From Gemmatimonadaceae bacterium (GTDB lineage: Bacteria > Gemmatimonadota > Gemmatimonadetes > Gemmatimonadales > Gemmatimonadaceae): a stretch of DNA of 64,000 bases. A program made the position numbers and the translations under genes. The notes under the pieces are model-generated. The model made no database searches and had not been told where the DNA came from. It saw only the letters and a list, made by a program, of their open reading frames with translations. The stretch is from assembly GCA_051859245.1 (NCBI GenBank), contig JBHYGA010000001.1, positions 384,001 to 448,000 on the forward strand, written 5' to 3'. This document shows, piece after piece, positions 48,901 through 59,012 of this stretch. Within the stretch, counting starts at the first letter, position 1. Every line of letters begins with the position of its first letter.

Positions 48901-51900
48901 CTACTCTGCACGCATGACCGTCATGGGCTGCACGCGACTGGCGCGCCAGGCCGGACCGGCCGCCGCGGCTATGCCGGCGAGTGCCATGCTCACGAGCGCC
49001 ACGGTCCAGACCGCTGCGTCGCGTGGTTCTACCCCGAACAGCAAGGAGGCCATCAGACGCGTGACCCCCCACGAGACCGCGGCCCCCAACGCGAGGCTCA
49101 TCGCGACGAGCCGCCCGGCACCGCTGAGTACGTAGCGACGCAGGCGTGCGGGCGGCGCACCCAGCGCGGCGCGAATGGCAAAGTCACGCCGCCGCTGCTC
49201 CACGCTGTAGTTGAGAATGCCGAACAGCCCCGCGAGCGACAGCAGCAGCGCCACGCCGGCCAACGTCGCGAACAGGGCAAAGATGAAGCGCGGCCAACCG
49301 ATGCTCTCGCGCATCACGACCTGCATTGGCTTGACACGCGAGACAGCGACGCCGGGATACACTGCGCGCAACGCCTGTTCAACGTCAGCTGCAATCACGG
49401 CCGGGTTCGCTTGCTGCGTTCGGATCACCAGGCTGTAGCCGACCGCTTGAGGATGCCGCTGCGCGAATGTCCAGTACGCCTCCGGTCTCGGTTCCGTGAG
49501 TGGTCCGAAGTTGCGAATATCGCTCACGACGCCCACAATCTCGATCGGTCGCTCGCCCAGGAAGAACCGTTTGCCGAGGATATCACCGTCCGGGAAGTCG
49601 CGCGCGGCGAGCGCCGAATTCACGACGACGCGTTGTATCGTGTCACCGTCCATCATGTCTCGCGCATCGAGCAGTCGACCGGCCACGAGTTGCTGACCCG
49701 TTGCCGCGAAGAACCCGGGCGTAATGTTGCGCGTTTCAATGAGCGGACGCTCAGTGGGCGGCACCTCTGGTCGTCCTTCGTAGCGCACCCAGGCGTTCCA
49801 GCCCCATTCGTTGTAGGGAAGCTGCGAAATTGCACCGGCCGCCTCAACGCCGGGAATGCGCTGTATCGCCTCCAACGCCGGCGTGAGGAACGCTGTCGCC
49901 GCGCGATCGGCAGGAAAATCCGTCGGTGCAACGCGAACGCGCAGCGTGAGCACACGTGCTACATCAAAGCCCGGATCTTCATTCATCGCGCGCACAAAAC
50001 CCTTCGTCACCAAACCGGCGGAAATCAGCAGCGTCACGGCGAGCGCGCCTTCAATCACCACCAGTGCCGCAAGCGTACGATGCTGGTGCTGTGCACCACT
50101 CCCGCGTCCGCCGCGCAGTACGTCTGCCGGAAGTGCCAGGGCGGCTCGCCACGCAGGCGCCGCAGTGCCCGCAAGTGCAGCGACTATTGCCGCAAGCAGT
50201 GCGACGCCTGCCGTTCGCAGATCAACAGCGGCGTACTCAAGCTGCGTGATGCGAGTTGATCCAAGCGCGACGACCATCTTGAGTGCCAACAACGCAAGTC
50301 CCAGCCCCGTCACCCAGCCGCACAGCGCAATCACGATGCCTTCGGCAAAGACCGGGCGCATCACTTCCCAGCGCGTTGCACCGAGCGCGGTGCGCACACC
50401 GAGTTCGCGTTGACGACTGATGCCGCGCGCCAGGAGTAAACTCGAGACATTGATCACCGCAATAATGAGTACAACGAACGTCGCGACGATCAGCAACGCC
50501 AAGGAGCGTCGCGCTGATCCGGCCGCGTCGTGCACCAGGGGTGTGACCGCAATGCTGTGACCTTCGAGCTCGGGATACGCTTCCAGCAGTGGCGCAAACC
50601 GCTGAATAAGCGCGGCCTGCAGCCCCTCCGGTTGCTGTTGCGAACCAAGTCGGCCAAATACCCGCAGAAAATTACTCGTGCGTTGTCTCAGCTCCGATTC
50701 GGAGAATCGCATGGGCACCCACAGCTCGCCCGCGTATGTCGTTCCGGAGTTAGTAATGCGAAACCGAGGCGGCAGCACGCCGACGACTTCGTGTGGCTCA
50801 CCATCAAGGCGGAGTGACGAGCCCACAATACCCGGACTTCCACCGAGATGACTGCGCCAGTACTCGTAGCTGACGACGACTACCGCCGGTGCATCCGGAA
50901 CATCGTCTGATGGCAGGAGCACACGGCCGTGCAGCGCGCGTGTGCGGAGCACATTGAAAAACTGACCAGATGTTCGAATGACAAAGGACGGTTCGTACCG
51001 ATCGCCAAGCGCCAGCAATCGCGACGTGGACGCGAACGCAGCGATTCCCTCGGCGCTCGGCTCTCCCGCAATGTCAACAAAGTTCGGTGCGGAGAATGGA
51101 AGCTCGCGCGACGAGGGCAGTGCGCGAAAGATCGAGACAAGACGATGCGCTTCGTCAAAGTCCACGGGCCGCAACAGCACGCGATCGGCGACGCTGTAAA
51201 TGGTGGCGGCGCTGCCAAGTCCAATCGCCATGCAGAACACGCACGCTGCAAACACCACCGGGGCGCGCCGCAACGTGCGCCAGGCGCGACGCAACTCGCG
51301 CAGCGCGTCACCCACTGCGTGTCGGCTCGCGGGCTCTGGCTCCGCGACCTCGCGTGTCGTGCCTGGCGCGATGGCGAGCAGCGATGGTGATCGCAGCGCT
51401 CTCAGCAGCTCGGCGACCGACGACGGGCGCAGCGCTGGATCCTTCTCGAGACATTTCAGGATCAGCGCGTCGAGCGCCGGTGGGATATCGGCACGTCGTG
51501 TGCGTAGCGGTGCTGGTGGCTCGGCGACATGCGCACGTGCGAGTGCCGAGGGCGTAGGACCGGCGAACGGTGGTACGCCGACGAGCATTTCGTAGGCCAC
51601 CACCCCGAGCGAATACAGATCGACGCGATGGTCCGCGCCCGGATCCGCCGCAAATTGCTCCGGTGACATGTACCGCGGCGTGCCAAGTGAGAAGCCCGCG
51701 AGTGTCAGATCCGACGGCGTGCGCATTGGAACCGGTGTGTTACCCAATCGACGCGACACCGCCTTGGCGATGCCAAAGTCGGCAACGACTGCAGCACTGC
51801 CGGTGAGCAGAATGTTGCCAGGTTTGATATCTCGATGCACTACACCAGCCGCGTGCGCACTTTCAAGTGCCTGCGCAACGTCTTCAAGAATCGCCACCGT

Positions 51901-52254
51901 TTCGCGCACCGACAACGGTCCGCGCGTGAGACGTTCACTCAGCGATTCGCCGCGTACGAGTGGCATGACGAAGTACGGCACATCGTCCACGGTGCCGGCG
52001 GTGAGTAGCGGAACGATGTTGGGGTGCTGCAGCGACGCGAGCAATGCGATCTCGCTTTGAAAGCGATCACGTGCATCCACGCTGTCGAGACGGCTCGAGA
52101 CACGCTTGATGACCACGCGTCGGTTCAGCGTGCGCTCGCGGCCCACCAACAACTCGGCCATACCGCCGCCGCCCAGCGGCTCAAGATCCGCATAGCGATC
52201 GCGCAGTTTGTTAGCGAACGCCAGCAGGTCAGAGTCGGGAGTGGGTTCGGTCAT
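48901..52254 (-). CDS. Ser/Thr protein kinase fused to an ADOP-type duplicated MacB/FtsX ABC permease
   Basis: Kinase GGGGMA, VIK, HRDIKPGN, DFG, GTPRYMSPE, DLYSLG; permease NVSSLLLAR...RE.GVR.ALGA, DPGFD, VEQRRRDFAIRAALGA, PAWRASRV.P. Confidence 0.9.
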   Translation of the reverse strand: MTEPTPDSDLLAFANKLRDRYADLEPLGGGGMAELLVGRERTLNRRVVIKRVSSRLDSVDARDRFQSEIALLASLQHPNIVPLLTAGTVDDVPYFVMPLVRGESLSERLTRGPLSVRETVAILEDVAQALESAHAAGVVHRDIKPGNILLTGSAAVVADFGIAKAVSRRLGNTPVPMRTPSDLTLAGFSLGTPRYMSPEQFAADPGADHRVDLYSLGVVAYEMLVGVPPFAGPTPSALARAHVAEPPAPLRTRRADIPPALDALILKCLEKDPALRPSSVAELLRALRSPSLLAIAPGTTREVAEPEPASRHAVGDALRELRRAWRTLRRAPVVFAACVFCMAIGLGSAATIYSVADRVLLRPVDFDEAHRLVSIFRALPSSRELPFSAPNFVDIAGEPSAEGIAAFASTSRLLALGDRYEPSFVIRTSGQFFNVLRTRALHGRVLLPSDDVPDAPAVVVVSYEYWRSHLGGSPGIVGSSLRLDGEPHEVVGVLPPRFRITNSGTTYAGELWVPMRFSESELRQRTSNFLRVFGRLGSQQQPEGLQAALIQRFAPLLEAYPELEGHSIAVTPLVHDAAGSARRSLALLIVATFVVLIIAVINVSSLLLARGISRQRELGVRTALGATRWEVMRPVFAEGIVIALCGWVTGLGLALLALKMVVALGSTRITQLEYAAVDLRTAGVALLAAIVAALAGTAAPAWRAALALPADVLRGGRGSGAQHQHRTLAALVVIEGALAVTLLISAGLVTKGFVRAMNEDPGFDVARVLTLRVRVAPTDFPADRAATAFLTPALEAIQRIPGVEAAGAISQLPYNEWGWNAWVRYEGRPEVPPTERPLIETRNITPGFFAATGQQLVAGRLLDARDMMDGDTIQRVVVNSALAARDFPDGDILGKRFFLGERPIEIVGVVSDIRNFGPLTEPRPEAYWTFAQRHPQAVGYSLVIRTQQANPAVIAADVEQALRAVYPGVAVSRVKPMQVVMRESIGWPRFIFALFATLAGVALLLSLAGLFGILNYSVEQRRRDFAIRAALGAPPARLRRYVLSGAGRLVAMSLALGAAVSWGVTRLMASLLFGVEPRDAAVWTVALVSMALAGIAAAAGPAWRASRVQPMTVMRAE

Positions 52255-52502
52255 GGCCGTCTGATAGACAGACTAACCGAAAGGTTTGACGGCGCTCCGC
52301 GTGGAGGGGTGAACTGCGGTGCGAACGTGACGAACCGTTCGCGTGAAGACTACCACCGAGCGCGCGCTGTCTTCAGGGGGTAGATCTTCTTCCGCAATGT
52401 CCTACAGAAAATTGCAGCCGATGCTGCCAGCTGTACTGAACGGTGCGCGTTAGCGTCATGCACGGTTCATTTTCTCGCTCACCATCTCTCAGGAGGATTC
52501 AT

Positions 52503-53141
52503 ATGCGACGAACGCTGCTTCTGGCGGGCACTGCTTTGGTAATGCTCAGCTCGCCTGCATCAAGCCACGCGCAACAAATCATCACCTTCAACGCTGACCC
52601 GTTTGCCGGCAGCAATGCTCGCGAAACACCGGGTCGTCAGATCGTCGGCAACGAGCTCTTTACGCCGTTCAATATTGGCACCGATGTCTTTGCGTTTAAT
52701 CAGGGCATCTTTGGTATGGGCGACGTGATCAAGTTTGCAAGCGGTCCGATCAATGAGATACCGCAGACCGACGTCAACGCGATCGTGCTCAATACCTTCG
52801 ACAATGACGGGGATCCACTCACGCCGTTCCTTGCGGGTACGGCGGCCAATCTCATCGCCGAACGTGTCACGACGTCTGGCGCCGGGGTGTTCATCTATTT
52901 CAACAGTGGGCTCGATCTTGCACGCCTCGTGTACTCAACTGATCTGAGTGATAACACTGCCGATCTGAAGATTCTCGCTCGCCTGACCAATGTGGCGGGG
53001 GAGAGCGGACGTGAACAGATGGCAACGTTCACCGAAGAGAACTTCCGCATAGTTCCAGAACCCGCCACGCCGCTGCTCTTGCTGGTCGGCCTGGCAGGAC
53101 TCTTTGCGCGGAAGGCAGCGCGCAACATGGTGTCGTTGTAA
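52503..53141 (+). CDS. PEP-CTERM sorting-domain protein
   Basis: Signal peptide; VPEP + hydrophobic helix + basic tail (RKAAR); AGGAGG RBS. Confidence 0.85.
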   Translation: MRRTLLLAGTALVMLSSPASSHAQQIITFNADPFAGSNARETPGRQIVGNELFTPFNIGTDVFAFNQGIFGMGDVIKFASGPINEIPQTDVNAIVLNTFDNDGDPLTPFLAGTAANLIAERVTTSGAGVFIYFNSGLDLARLVYSTDLSDNTADLKILARLTNVAGESGREQMATFTEENFRIVPEPATPLLLLVGLAGLFARKAARNMVSL

Positions 53142-53223
53142 TCTGGGTATTCGTGTAGATGAGGCGATTCACTGGTGGTGCGGTGCGTGTGTCGCACCAC
53201 CAGTGAATCGCTGCAAGGCGCTG

Positions 53224-54168
53224 CTAGCGGCTTGCGTGCGCGCGAAAAAACTCCATCACTCTGGAGTGCACGATGGTCGACTGCTCGATGTGTGGCAGAT
53301 GTCCGGCGGAATCCACCGGAAAATACTCGAGTGAGGGGATCAGGCTCCGGATCGCTTCCGCGCGCGCAATGGGTGTGGTTTGATCCTGTTTGCCCCAGAC
53401 AAGCAGAACAGGTACGCCGGTCTTGCTCACCGACGCAAAGAGGGCGGGGAAGTCGGTGCGACTCATGGTGAAGGCGCTCCGCAATAACGCGCGCCCAAAC
53501 CCGTCGTACCGCATTTGCGGACGGTACTGTTCAATCCACGTAGGGAATCGCTCCGGATGCAGAAAGTCACTCAGCTGTCCGTCTGCCATCCCGGGCACTT
53601 GTGTCACCTGCCACACCCACGGCCCCACGACTGGCCACGCCATGAAGGCCGGCATGGTACGCGACTCGCTGGCGGGATCCATCAGCGTGAGCGTGCGCAC
53701 CCGCGTGGTGTGCGTCGACACGAAATGTGACGTGACATACCCGCCGAACGAGAGGCCGATCAGATCCACCGGTGTTCTTATCTTGAGCGAGTCAAGCAGC
53801 TCATTCAGCTGCGCGTCATACATCGCGCCATCGTACGCCGCGTCGGGGCGATCTGACCATCCGCGTCCGAACATGTCGTAGCGAATCACGCGCAGACCGG
53901 CTGCGCTGAGTGCTGCAAACGTGGAGTCCCAGATATACGATGGCACCGAGAATCCATGCACCAGTACGACCACGCGTCCGGTATCCGGTCCGGCTACGTC
54001 ATAGTGCGTGGTGCCACCGGAGAGCTTCACGAAGCGCCCTGGGGCTTGAGCGCGCGCGTCGTCATTCAGCGGCCCCTGTTCCGGGTTCCTCACCGACCCA
54101 TAGATCGCCAGCGCCGCAATCAAGGCAAGTAGTACCAACAGTGCACCGCGCCGCCGTTTCAGAGCCAT
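53224..54168 (-). CDS. Alpha/beta hydrolase with N-terminal membrane anchor
   Basis: LVHGFS, D.FGRG.S, GLSFGG, WG..D, AGHLP. Confidence 0.9.
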   Translation of the reverse strand: MALKRRRGALLVLLALIAALAIYGSVRNPEQGPLNDDARAQAPGRFVKLSGGTTHYDVAGPDTGRVVVLVHGFSVPSYIWDSTFAALSAAGLRVIRYDMFGRGWSDRPDAAYDGAMYDAQLNELLDSLKIRTPVDLIGLSFGGYVTSHFVSTHTTRVRTLTLMDPASESRTMPAFMAWPVVGPWVWQVTQVPGMADGQLSDFLHPERFPTWIEQYRPQMRYDGFGRALLRSAFTMSRTDFPALFASVSKTGVPVLLVWGKQDQTTPIARAEAIRSLIPSLEYFPVDSAGHLPHIEQSTIVHSRVMEFFRAHASR

Positions 54169-54171
54169 TCT

Positions 54172-54201
54172 TGTGTGTTGTTGTGTGTGTTGTTGTGTGT
54201 G
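54172..54201. repeat. 12-bp tandem repeat, 2.5 copies (TGTGTGTTGTTG)
   Basis: Direct reading of the sequence. Confidence 0.85.
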
Positions 54202-54232
54202 ATGAAATGGCGTGTCCCTGCCAGGTGTCGCG

Positions 54233-54949
54233 TTATTCACCGTACCGGCGCACACGATAACGCACGGCGGTCATCGGCGTTGGCACATCGTTGTTGATCG
54301 ATGCTTCCACCGTTGTTGGTTGCAGCCAATCGCTCCAGTCGGCGCTTGGCGTGGGGGTGCGTTTCAGTGGCAGCGCGTAGAGCTCGGTGTGTTTGCCTTC
54401 AAGGCGTACGACGAGCGTGCGACGGCCGGCACGATACAACGGTTGCTGCACCACTGGAATGATCGTGTGCGCACCTTCAACGCGCGTGCGTGAGGGGAGC
54501 GGCGTGCCTTCCGGGCGCGTGCTTTGCGTATGCACTTCCACGCTCAACCATCGCGAGTTCAGATCGGTGGGCAGCTCGGTCGTTTTAAATCGCAACTCCA
54601 TTTCGAGCGTGGCCAGCGCGCCGTCGTACTCCAACGGGGCCTCGCGCATTTGCAACAACGACCACGCACCGCCCGCGAGCAGTACCAGCAGCGCGGTTAA
54701 TCCCAGAACCGCAGCAACGAGTTGTTTGGTGCCTTCACCGGCCGGTGCGGATCGCACAAACAGTGACACGCCCACAACCAGGCCGACCAGCGCGCACAGG
54801 ATCGCCACGCCAATGACGAAGTAACCCGCCGCACCTTCACGATCTGTGATGTTTGCGATGCGCGCGAACAGCGTGCCGCCGCCGAGGCCGAGCAACAGAC
54901 CGGCGATGGCACCTCCCAGCGCGTAGAGTACTCCGATAAGTGGGCGCAT
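54233..54949 (-). CDS. Hypothetical membrane protein (3 TM plus soluble domain)
   Basis: Hydrophobic N-terminal half with REGAAGYF motif. Confidence 0.7.
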   Translation of the reverse strand: MRPLIGVLYALGGAIAGLLLGLGGGTLFARIANITDREGAAGYFVIGVAILCALVGLVVGVSLFVRSAPAGEGTKQLVAAVLGLTALLVLLAGGAWSLLQMREAPLEYDGALATLEMELRFKTTELPTDLNSRWLSVEVHTQSTRPEGTPLPSRTRVEGAHTIIPVVQQPLYRAGRRTLVVRLEGKHTELYALPLKRTPTPSADWSDWLQPTTVEASINNDVPTPMTAVRYRVRRYGE

Positions 54950-55041
54950 GCGTGGCGGAGAATATGCAGCGGGCACGCGCCGATGTCATTATGATGGTGT
55001 CCGTTGGCCAAACGTGCGGCCGCCGTCTGCGTTGGTCCCGT

Positions 55042-55605
55042 TCACGCCCCCCGCACCACATACTGCAGCACCACCGCTCCAGACGCGAACTCGCGTCGGC
55101 CGGTGAGCGTCAGGTCTACATGCCTTGAGAGGCCCGCGAGCAAGTTCGGCCCGTGGCCGGCAATCCGTGGCTGCACGACAAACTCATACTCATCAATCAA
55201 TCCCAACTCGGCCAGCGCCAGCGGAAGCGTCACGCCGCCCGTGGAGATCGGCCTGCCCGGTTCGCTCTTGAGCTGTCGCACAAAGGCCGCGAGATCGCCA
55301 CGTACGAGTGATGCGTTCCAATCCACATCGGGTAGCGTGTTCGACACCACAAACTTTCGCGCCGCGTGAATGGTGTGTGCGAACGGCTCCATCCACGCGG
55401 GCATCCACTCAGGGCGAACGCCCGTCTCCGCTACTGGACGCCACGCGTCTTCCATCATGCCGTACGTCACGCGTCCGAGGATCATTGCATCAACGGCGGC
55501 GATGTTGCTGGCATGGAAGTGATGCATCTCCTCATCGGGCATCCCGGCGCGATGATCGACGCATCCGTCAAGCGTGATATTGATGGAGTAGCGGAGTGGG
55601 CGCAT
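55042..55605 (-). CDS. Dihydrofolate-reductase / RibD C-terminal family protein
   Basis: ITLDG, LGRVTY.MM, K.VVS.TL, LIDEY...V.P...G.G. Confidence 0.9.
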   Translation of the reverse strand: MRPLRYSINITLDGCVDHRAGMPDEEMHHFHASNIAAVDAMILGRVTYGMMEDAWRPVAETGVRPEWMPAWMEPFAHTIHAARKFVVSNTLPDVDWNASLVRGDLAAFVRQLKSEPGRPISTGGVTLPLALAELGLIDEYEFVVQPRIAGHGPNLLAGLSRHVDLTLTGRREFASGAVVLQYVVRGA

Positions 55606-55713
55606 GGCGTACGTCCTGAAGTGCGGGTGGGCGGGGGGAGGAACCGTATTCTACGCGCTGTCCCTGCGCAAAGCCTTGCTGATTTCACTCACCGGGCGCA
55701 ATCTAGGCCGACC

Positions 55714-56286
55714 ATGCCTGCAACGAAGACAAAGAACGAGTTGATCTGGAAGGTGGACGGTCCGTTCGAAGTCGCCGCCGATCATCGGCGACTCTATGTC
55801 CGCGAGACTGTTGAATCGGAAGTGTTCGGCGCGGTTGTCATGGGAGCCCTCACGATTGGCATGGCGCTCTTTGGGTGGAAACTTGTGCACGCCACCGGCG
55901 CTGGATCCCGAATATTCGGTGGGTTGCTGCTCGTGCTTGCCACGCTGATTGCGGCGGTCGCGTTGCGACAGGTGTTGGCGGGGCTCGGTCTGATCAAGTG
56001 GAGTCGTACGCCACTCCTTGTGTTCGATCGCGGTGACAGCGCGTCGATGCCGCCGGCCATTGAGTACGGGCGCAAACGTTTGCTCACGTCCACGATTCGT
56101 TGTCTCTCAACGCGACCCTCCACGGTTGGCAGCAAGCACGACCTCAAGCGGCATATTCTTGTGGCTGAACTGCACGACGGCTCGGAGGTGGTGCTCACCG
56201 TGGACCAGACGCCGGATTGGACGGCGCACTACGCGAATCGAGGGGCGCGCTGGCTTGGCCTGTCGTACCGAGCTTTCCGGGGATGA
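55714..56286 (+). CDS. Hypothetical membrane protein (2 TM)
   Basis: 3' part of ORF 55366..56286, which fills an otherwise empty gap. Confidence 0.6.
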   Translation: MPATKTKNELIWKVDGPFEVAADHRRLYVRETVESEVFGAVVMGALTIGMALFGWKLVHATGAGSRIFGGLLLVLATLIAAVALRQVLAGLGLIKWSRTPLLVFDRGDSASMPPAIEYGRKRLLTSTIRCLSTRPSTVGSKHDLKRHILVAELHDGSEVVLTVDQTPDWTAHYANRGARWLGLSYRAFRG

Positions 56287-56489
56287 TGCGGCGCGCCGAC
56301 ATGCCTAGGCGCGCAACACCATCTGCACAGAGGTATCCACGTCAAGCACGAACCGTCCGCGCCCTTGGTTCGGTGCCGTGCAACCTCCGATAATCGCGAT
56401 CCACTCGAACCGGCCGCTCAGTCCGCCATCGGGAACGCTGGCGCTCATGCGTTGACCGCACGCCCGCTTATCGCTCGCTCAGTGCTCGC

Positions 56490-57584
56490 TCATCGCACGC
56501 GATAGGCCACAATACTGGGCACGTCTTCCGCATCGTGCTCAATGCTGATCATGATGCCGCTGCGCAGAAACAGCACGGGGCGCGCGGTGGCAAGCGTGAC
56601 CGTTTTGACGAATCCCGAGTCGAGGTGAAAGACGTCGGCTACTGGTGGTTCGTCGCTCAACACATCGCGCGTGGCCCACACATGACCGCGTGTGTCCAGC
56701 GTGAGATGCGTATAGGCCGGCATGCGCGCTGCAATCTGTGCGTGCTCGAGCAGTAACTCGGTTGGAACGGTGCACGGCTTTTTCCCGCGCAGCTGCATCG
56801 TGCGTCCAGGGCCGAGCTCACGCGCGGCGAGTGCGCGATCGGTGGGTCGGCGTGTGGTGTCGCGTGTGAGCGCGCGCGGCGGCGCATTGGGTGTCCGCAC
56901 GGTGATGCTGAACTCGCCGACAGAAGAGATGACGGTGTCGCCACGCGCGTCCCACGCGAGCAGCGGATGAAACACGGGTTCCACGGGATAGCCGATGACA
57001 TCGCACACCAATTCGATCTCGCCGGTCTCGGCGGGTGCAATGGAATCGAGCGTTTGCCATCTGCCTCCGCTGTCGACAAGCAGACGCACAGTTGCATTCG
57101 AGCGAGGCGGCGTGCTGCCCACGACTGAGGTATCGGAGCGGAACCGAAAGCGGAACGGACTCCCGGAGCGCCTTGGGTACTCTTCTCGAAATCGTCCGTC
57201 CGCCGTGTATACCACGAGTTTGTTTTTCTCGGCGTCGTGTACATGCACCGCGCCATCAGGAGCAACGGCCAGCGTGAGCGGGAAGAGCAACTCACCCGGA
57301 CCGGGCCCGCGCGTGCCCCAGCTGTCAATCTGAGTGCCGGTTGAATCGAGCACCGCAATACGTCCACCGGTTCGGTCAATCACCAACAGGCGATCGTTGG
57401 CATCAACCACGATGTCATTGCGCGACAGTGACTCGAACATGAAGGTCGTGTCGTTGGCCCCGCCGACGTGCCAGAGACGCTCCATGTTCGATGGCACGAG
57501 CGCATCGGGGGTGAGGCGCGGCGGCTCGTCCGCACACGCCACGAGCAGGCCACTCAGCAGGAGGCCCAGTGCACCCGTGCGCAA
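56490..57584 (-). CDS. Six-bladed beta-propeller lipoprotein (start uncertain, TTG assumed)
   Basis: Lipobox LVAC, G.GPGE, D.EDVP C-terminus. Confidence 0.72.
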   Translation of the reverse strand: MRTGALGLLLSGLLVACADEPPRLTPDALVPSNMERLWHVGGANDTTFMFESLSRNDIVVDANDRLLVIDRTGGRIAVLDSTGTQIDSWGTRGPGPGELLFPLTLAVAPDGAVHVHDAEKNKLVVYTADGRFREEYPRRSGSPFRFRFRSDTSVVGSTPPRSNATVRLLVDSGGRWQTLDSIAPAETGEIELVCDVIGYPVEPVFHPLLAWDARGDTVISSVGEFSITVRTPNAPPRALTRDTTRRPTDRALAARELGPGRTMQLRGKKPCTVPTELLLEHAQIAARMPAYTHLTLDTRGHVWATRDVLSDEPPVADVFHLDSGFVKTVTLATARPVLFLRSGIMISIEHDAEDVPSIVAYRVR

Positions 57585-57702
57585 TCGCGCGGGGCGCGTA
57601 TATTCCCCCTCAGAGGTCGGCCAGGCGCACGGGATTCGGCTCTGCGGTGTCGAGAATTTTGGCGCTCTTTGCACGGGACACCATTCTCCAGGATCGGTGT
57701 AT

Positions 57703-58368
57703 ATGCGTTTCATGTCGAGACAGCTCACGCCGCGAACCGCGGCCCTCGCCACTGCGATGGTGGCCAGCAGCTTGTTGCTGGGCTGTGCAACCGGGCGAGC
57801 GCCATTACCCGCCACGCACGCATCCGTTTCCTCGCTGCCGACAGACGGTGCCATCGCGTTTGGCGCTATTGATGAGCTCGGCGCAGAGCCGGTGGTGCAG
57901 GTGCGCGACTTTCGGGTGCTGCGCACGGTCTCGGTACTCGGCCACTACGACGAGAATGCCACGTACGGACTGCGTGCAGAAGTGCGACCCGACGGCGAAA
58001 TCACGTCGCCGCGCAGGCTTGGCGATCACCGCTTGTACATCAATACGTTCGTTGTGGGCGCCAATGGTGGTTTCCGGCGCGCATCCGTAGGAACGCGCGA
58101 CAATCCCCTCGTGGTGGATTACTTGTTCGACCCGAACGCGTGCCTCAAGGGGCCAACGTGTTCGCCGTATCGAGCCATCACGCTCGGCATTCCAGACTCG
58201 GTGCTGCGAAACTCTCGCGATGGTTTGGTCGTGCTGTTTGAACGTCAAACGCCTACGCAGTGGACGATCTCGTTGTCATCCAAACTGATCGCCGCGTATC
58301 TGAATACGGTCGACTCCGTTTCCGCGGCACGTCGCAGCCAGCAGGTGTTCCGCGGCATTGATCGCTGA
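57703..58368 (+). CDS. Hypothetical lipoprotein
   Basis: Lipobox LLGC; Cys pair; 3' part of ORF 57334..58368. Confidence 0.62.
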   Translation: MRFMSRQLTPRTAALATAMVASSLLLGCATGRAPLPATHASVSSLPTDGAIAFGAIDELGAEPVVQVRDFRVLRTVSVLGHYDENATYGLRAEVRPDGEITSPRRLGDHRLYINTFVVGANGGFRRASVGTRDNPLVVDYLFDPNACLKGPTCSPYRAITLGIPDSVLRNSRDGLVVLFERQTPTQWTISLSSKLIAAYLNTVDSVSAARRSQQVFRGIDR

Positions 58369-58448
58369 GGCGCGCGGAACGAGGTGAACGAGTCAACGTT
58401 CGTCTCTCTGCAACAGCGCAGAAGGGTGTGGCAAGAGGATCGACAAGG

Positions 58449-59012
58449 TTAAAGCTGCGCGTTCGACAGGCCGAGCGCGTCGGTGAAGAACGCTGACACG
58501 TCAACCCGCAACGCATCGTGCGCACCATCCGGTTGCCACGTCAACGCGGTGTCGGCAATCAGATCCTCGGTGTCGTTCCGCACCACGCGAATGGTTCGGC
58601 TCCAGCGATCCACGATCCAGTACTGCGCGACGCCGATTCGCATGTAAAACGCACGTTTCTGCTCATGATCGCGGCGGCGTGTGGTGCCAGAAAGAATCTC
58701 CACAACCAGCAGCGGTGTCGGCATCTCGGCCCATGTGCTTGGAAGTGTGTCCGCGGCAGGACGCACCATGAGATCGGGCTCCACCTGCGATTCGGCGGTG
58801 CGGACTACGGCGCGTGGTGTGTACACGCGCCCGAGCTGTTGTGCCCGAACGTAAGGAACGAGCATCGAGAGCAACGTCGACGCCAGTTCTTCGTGCGCGG
58901 TGCACGGTGCGGGCGTCACGAACAGCTCGCCGTCAACCAGCTCGTACGTGCTGCCGTCGTCAGGCAGACGGTCAAGCTCGGCGAGCGTCCATGGTCGTGT
59001 TGCAAGCGCCAT
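58449..59012 (-). CDS. Uma2-family (DUF820) putative endonuclease
   Basis: YELVDGEL.V.P.P...H, EPDL, LVVEILS, D...KR..Y...GV..YWIVD. Confidence 0.92.
   Translation of the reverse strand: MALATRPWTLAELDRLPDDGSTYELVDGELFVTPAPCTAHEELASTLLSMLVPYVRAQQLGRVYTPRAVVRTAESQVEPDLMVRPAADTLPSTWAEMPTPLLVVEILSGTTRRRDHEQKRAFYMRIGVAQYWIVDRWSRTIRVVRNDTEDLIADTALTWQPDGAHDALRVDVSAFFTDALGLSNAQL

Noticed and set aside
52380..52460. Sigma54 / PrsR site upstream of the PEP-CTERM gene
   Set aside because: The best GG..GC candidate has 9 rather than 10 intervening bases, and there is no clear enhancer motif
56305..56448. 47-codon minus-strand ORF (MSASVPDGG...)
   Set aside because: No RBS or recognisable motif; could be a gene remnant but unsupported
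58449..59012. Uma2 nuclease as an anti-phage defence system
   Set aside because: Solitary member of a widespread multi-copy family with no defence-associated neighbours
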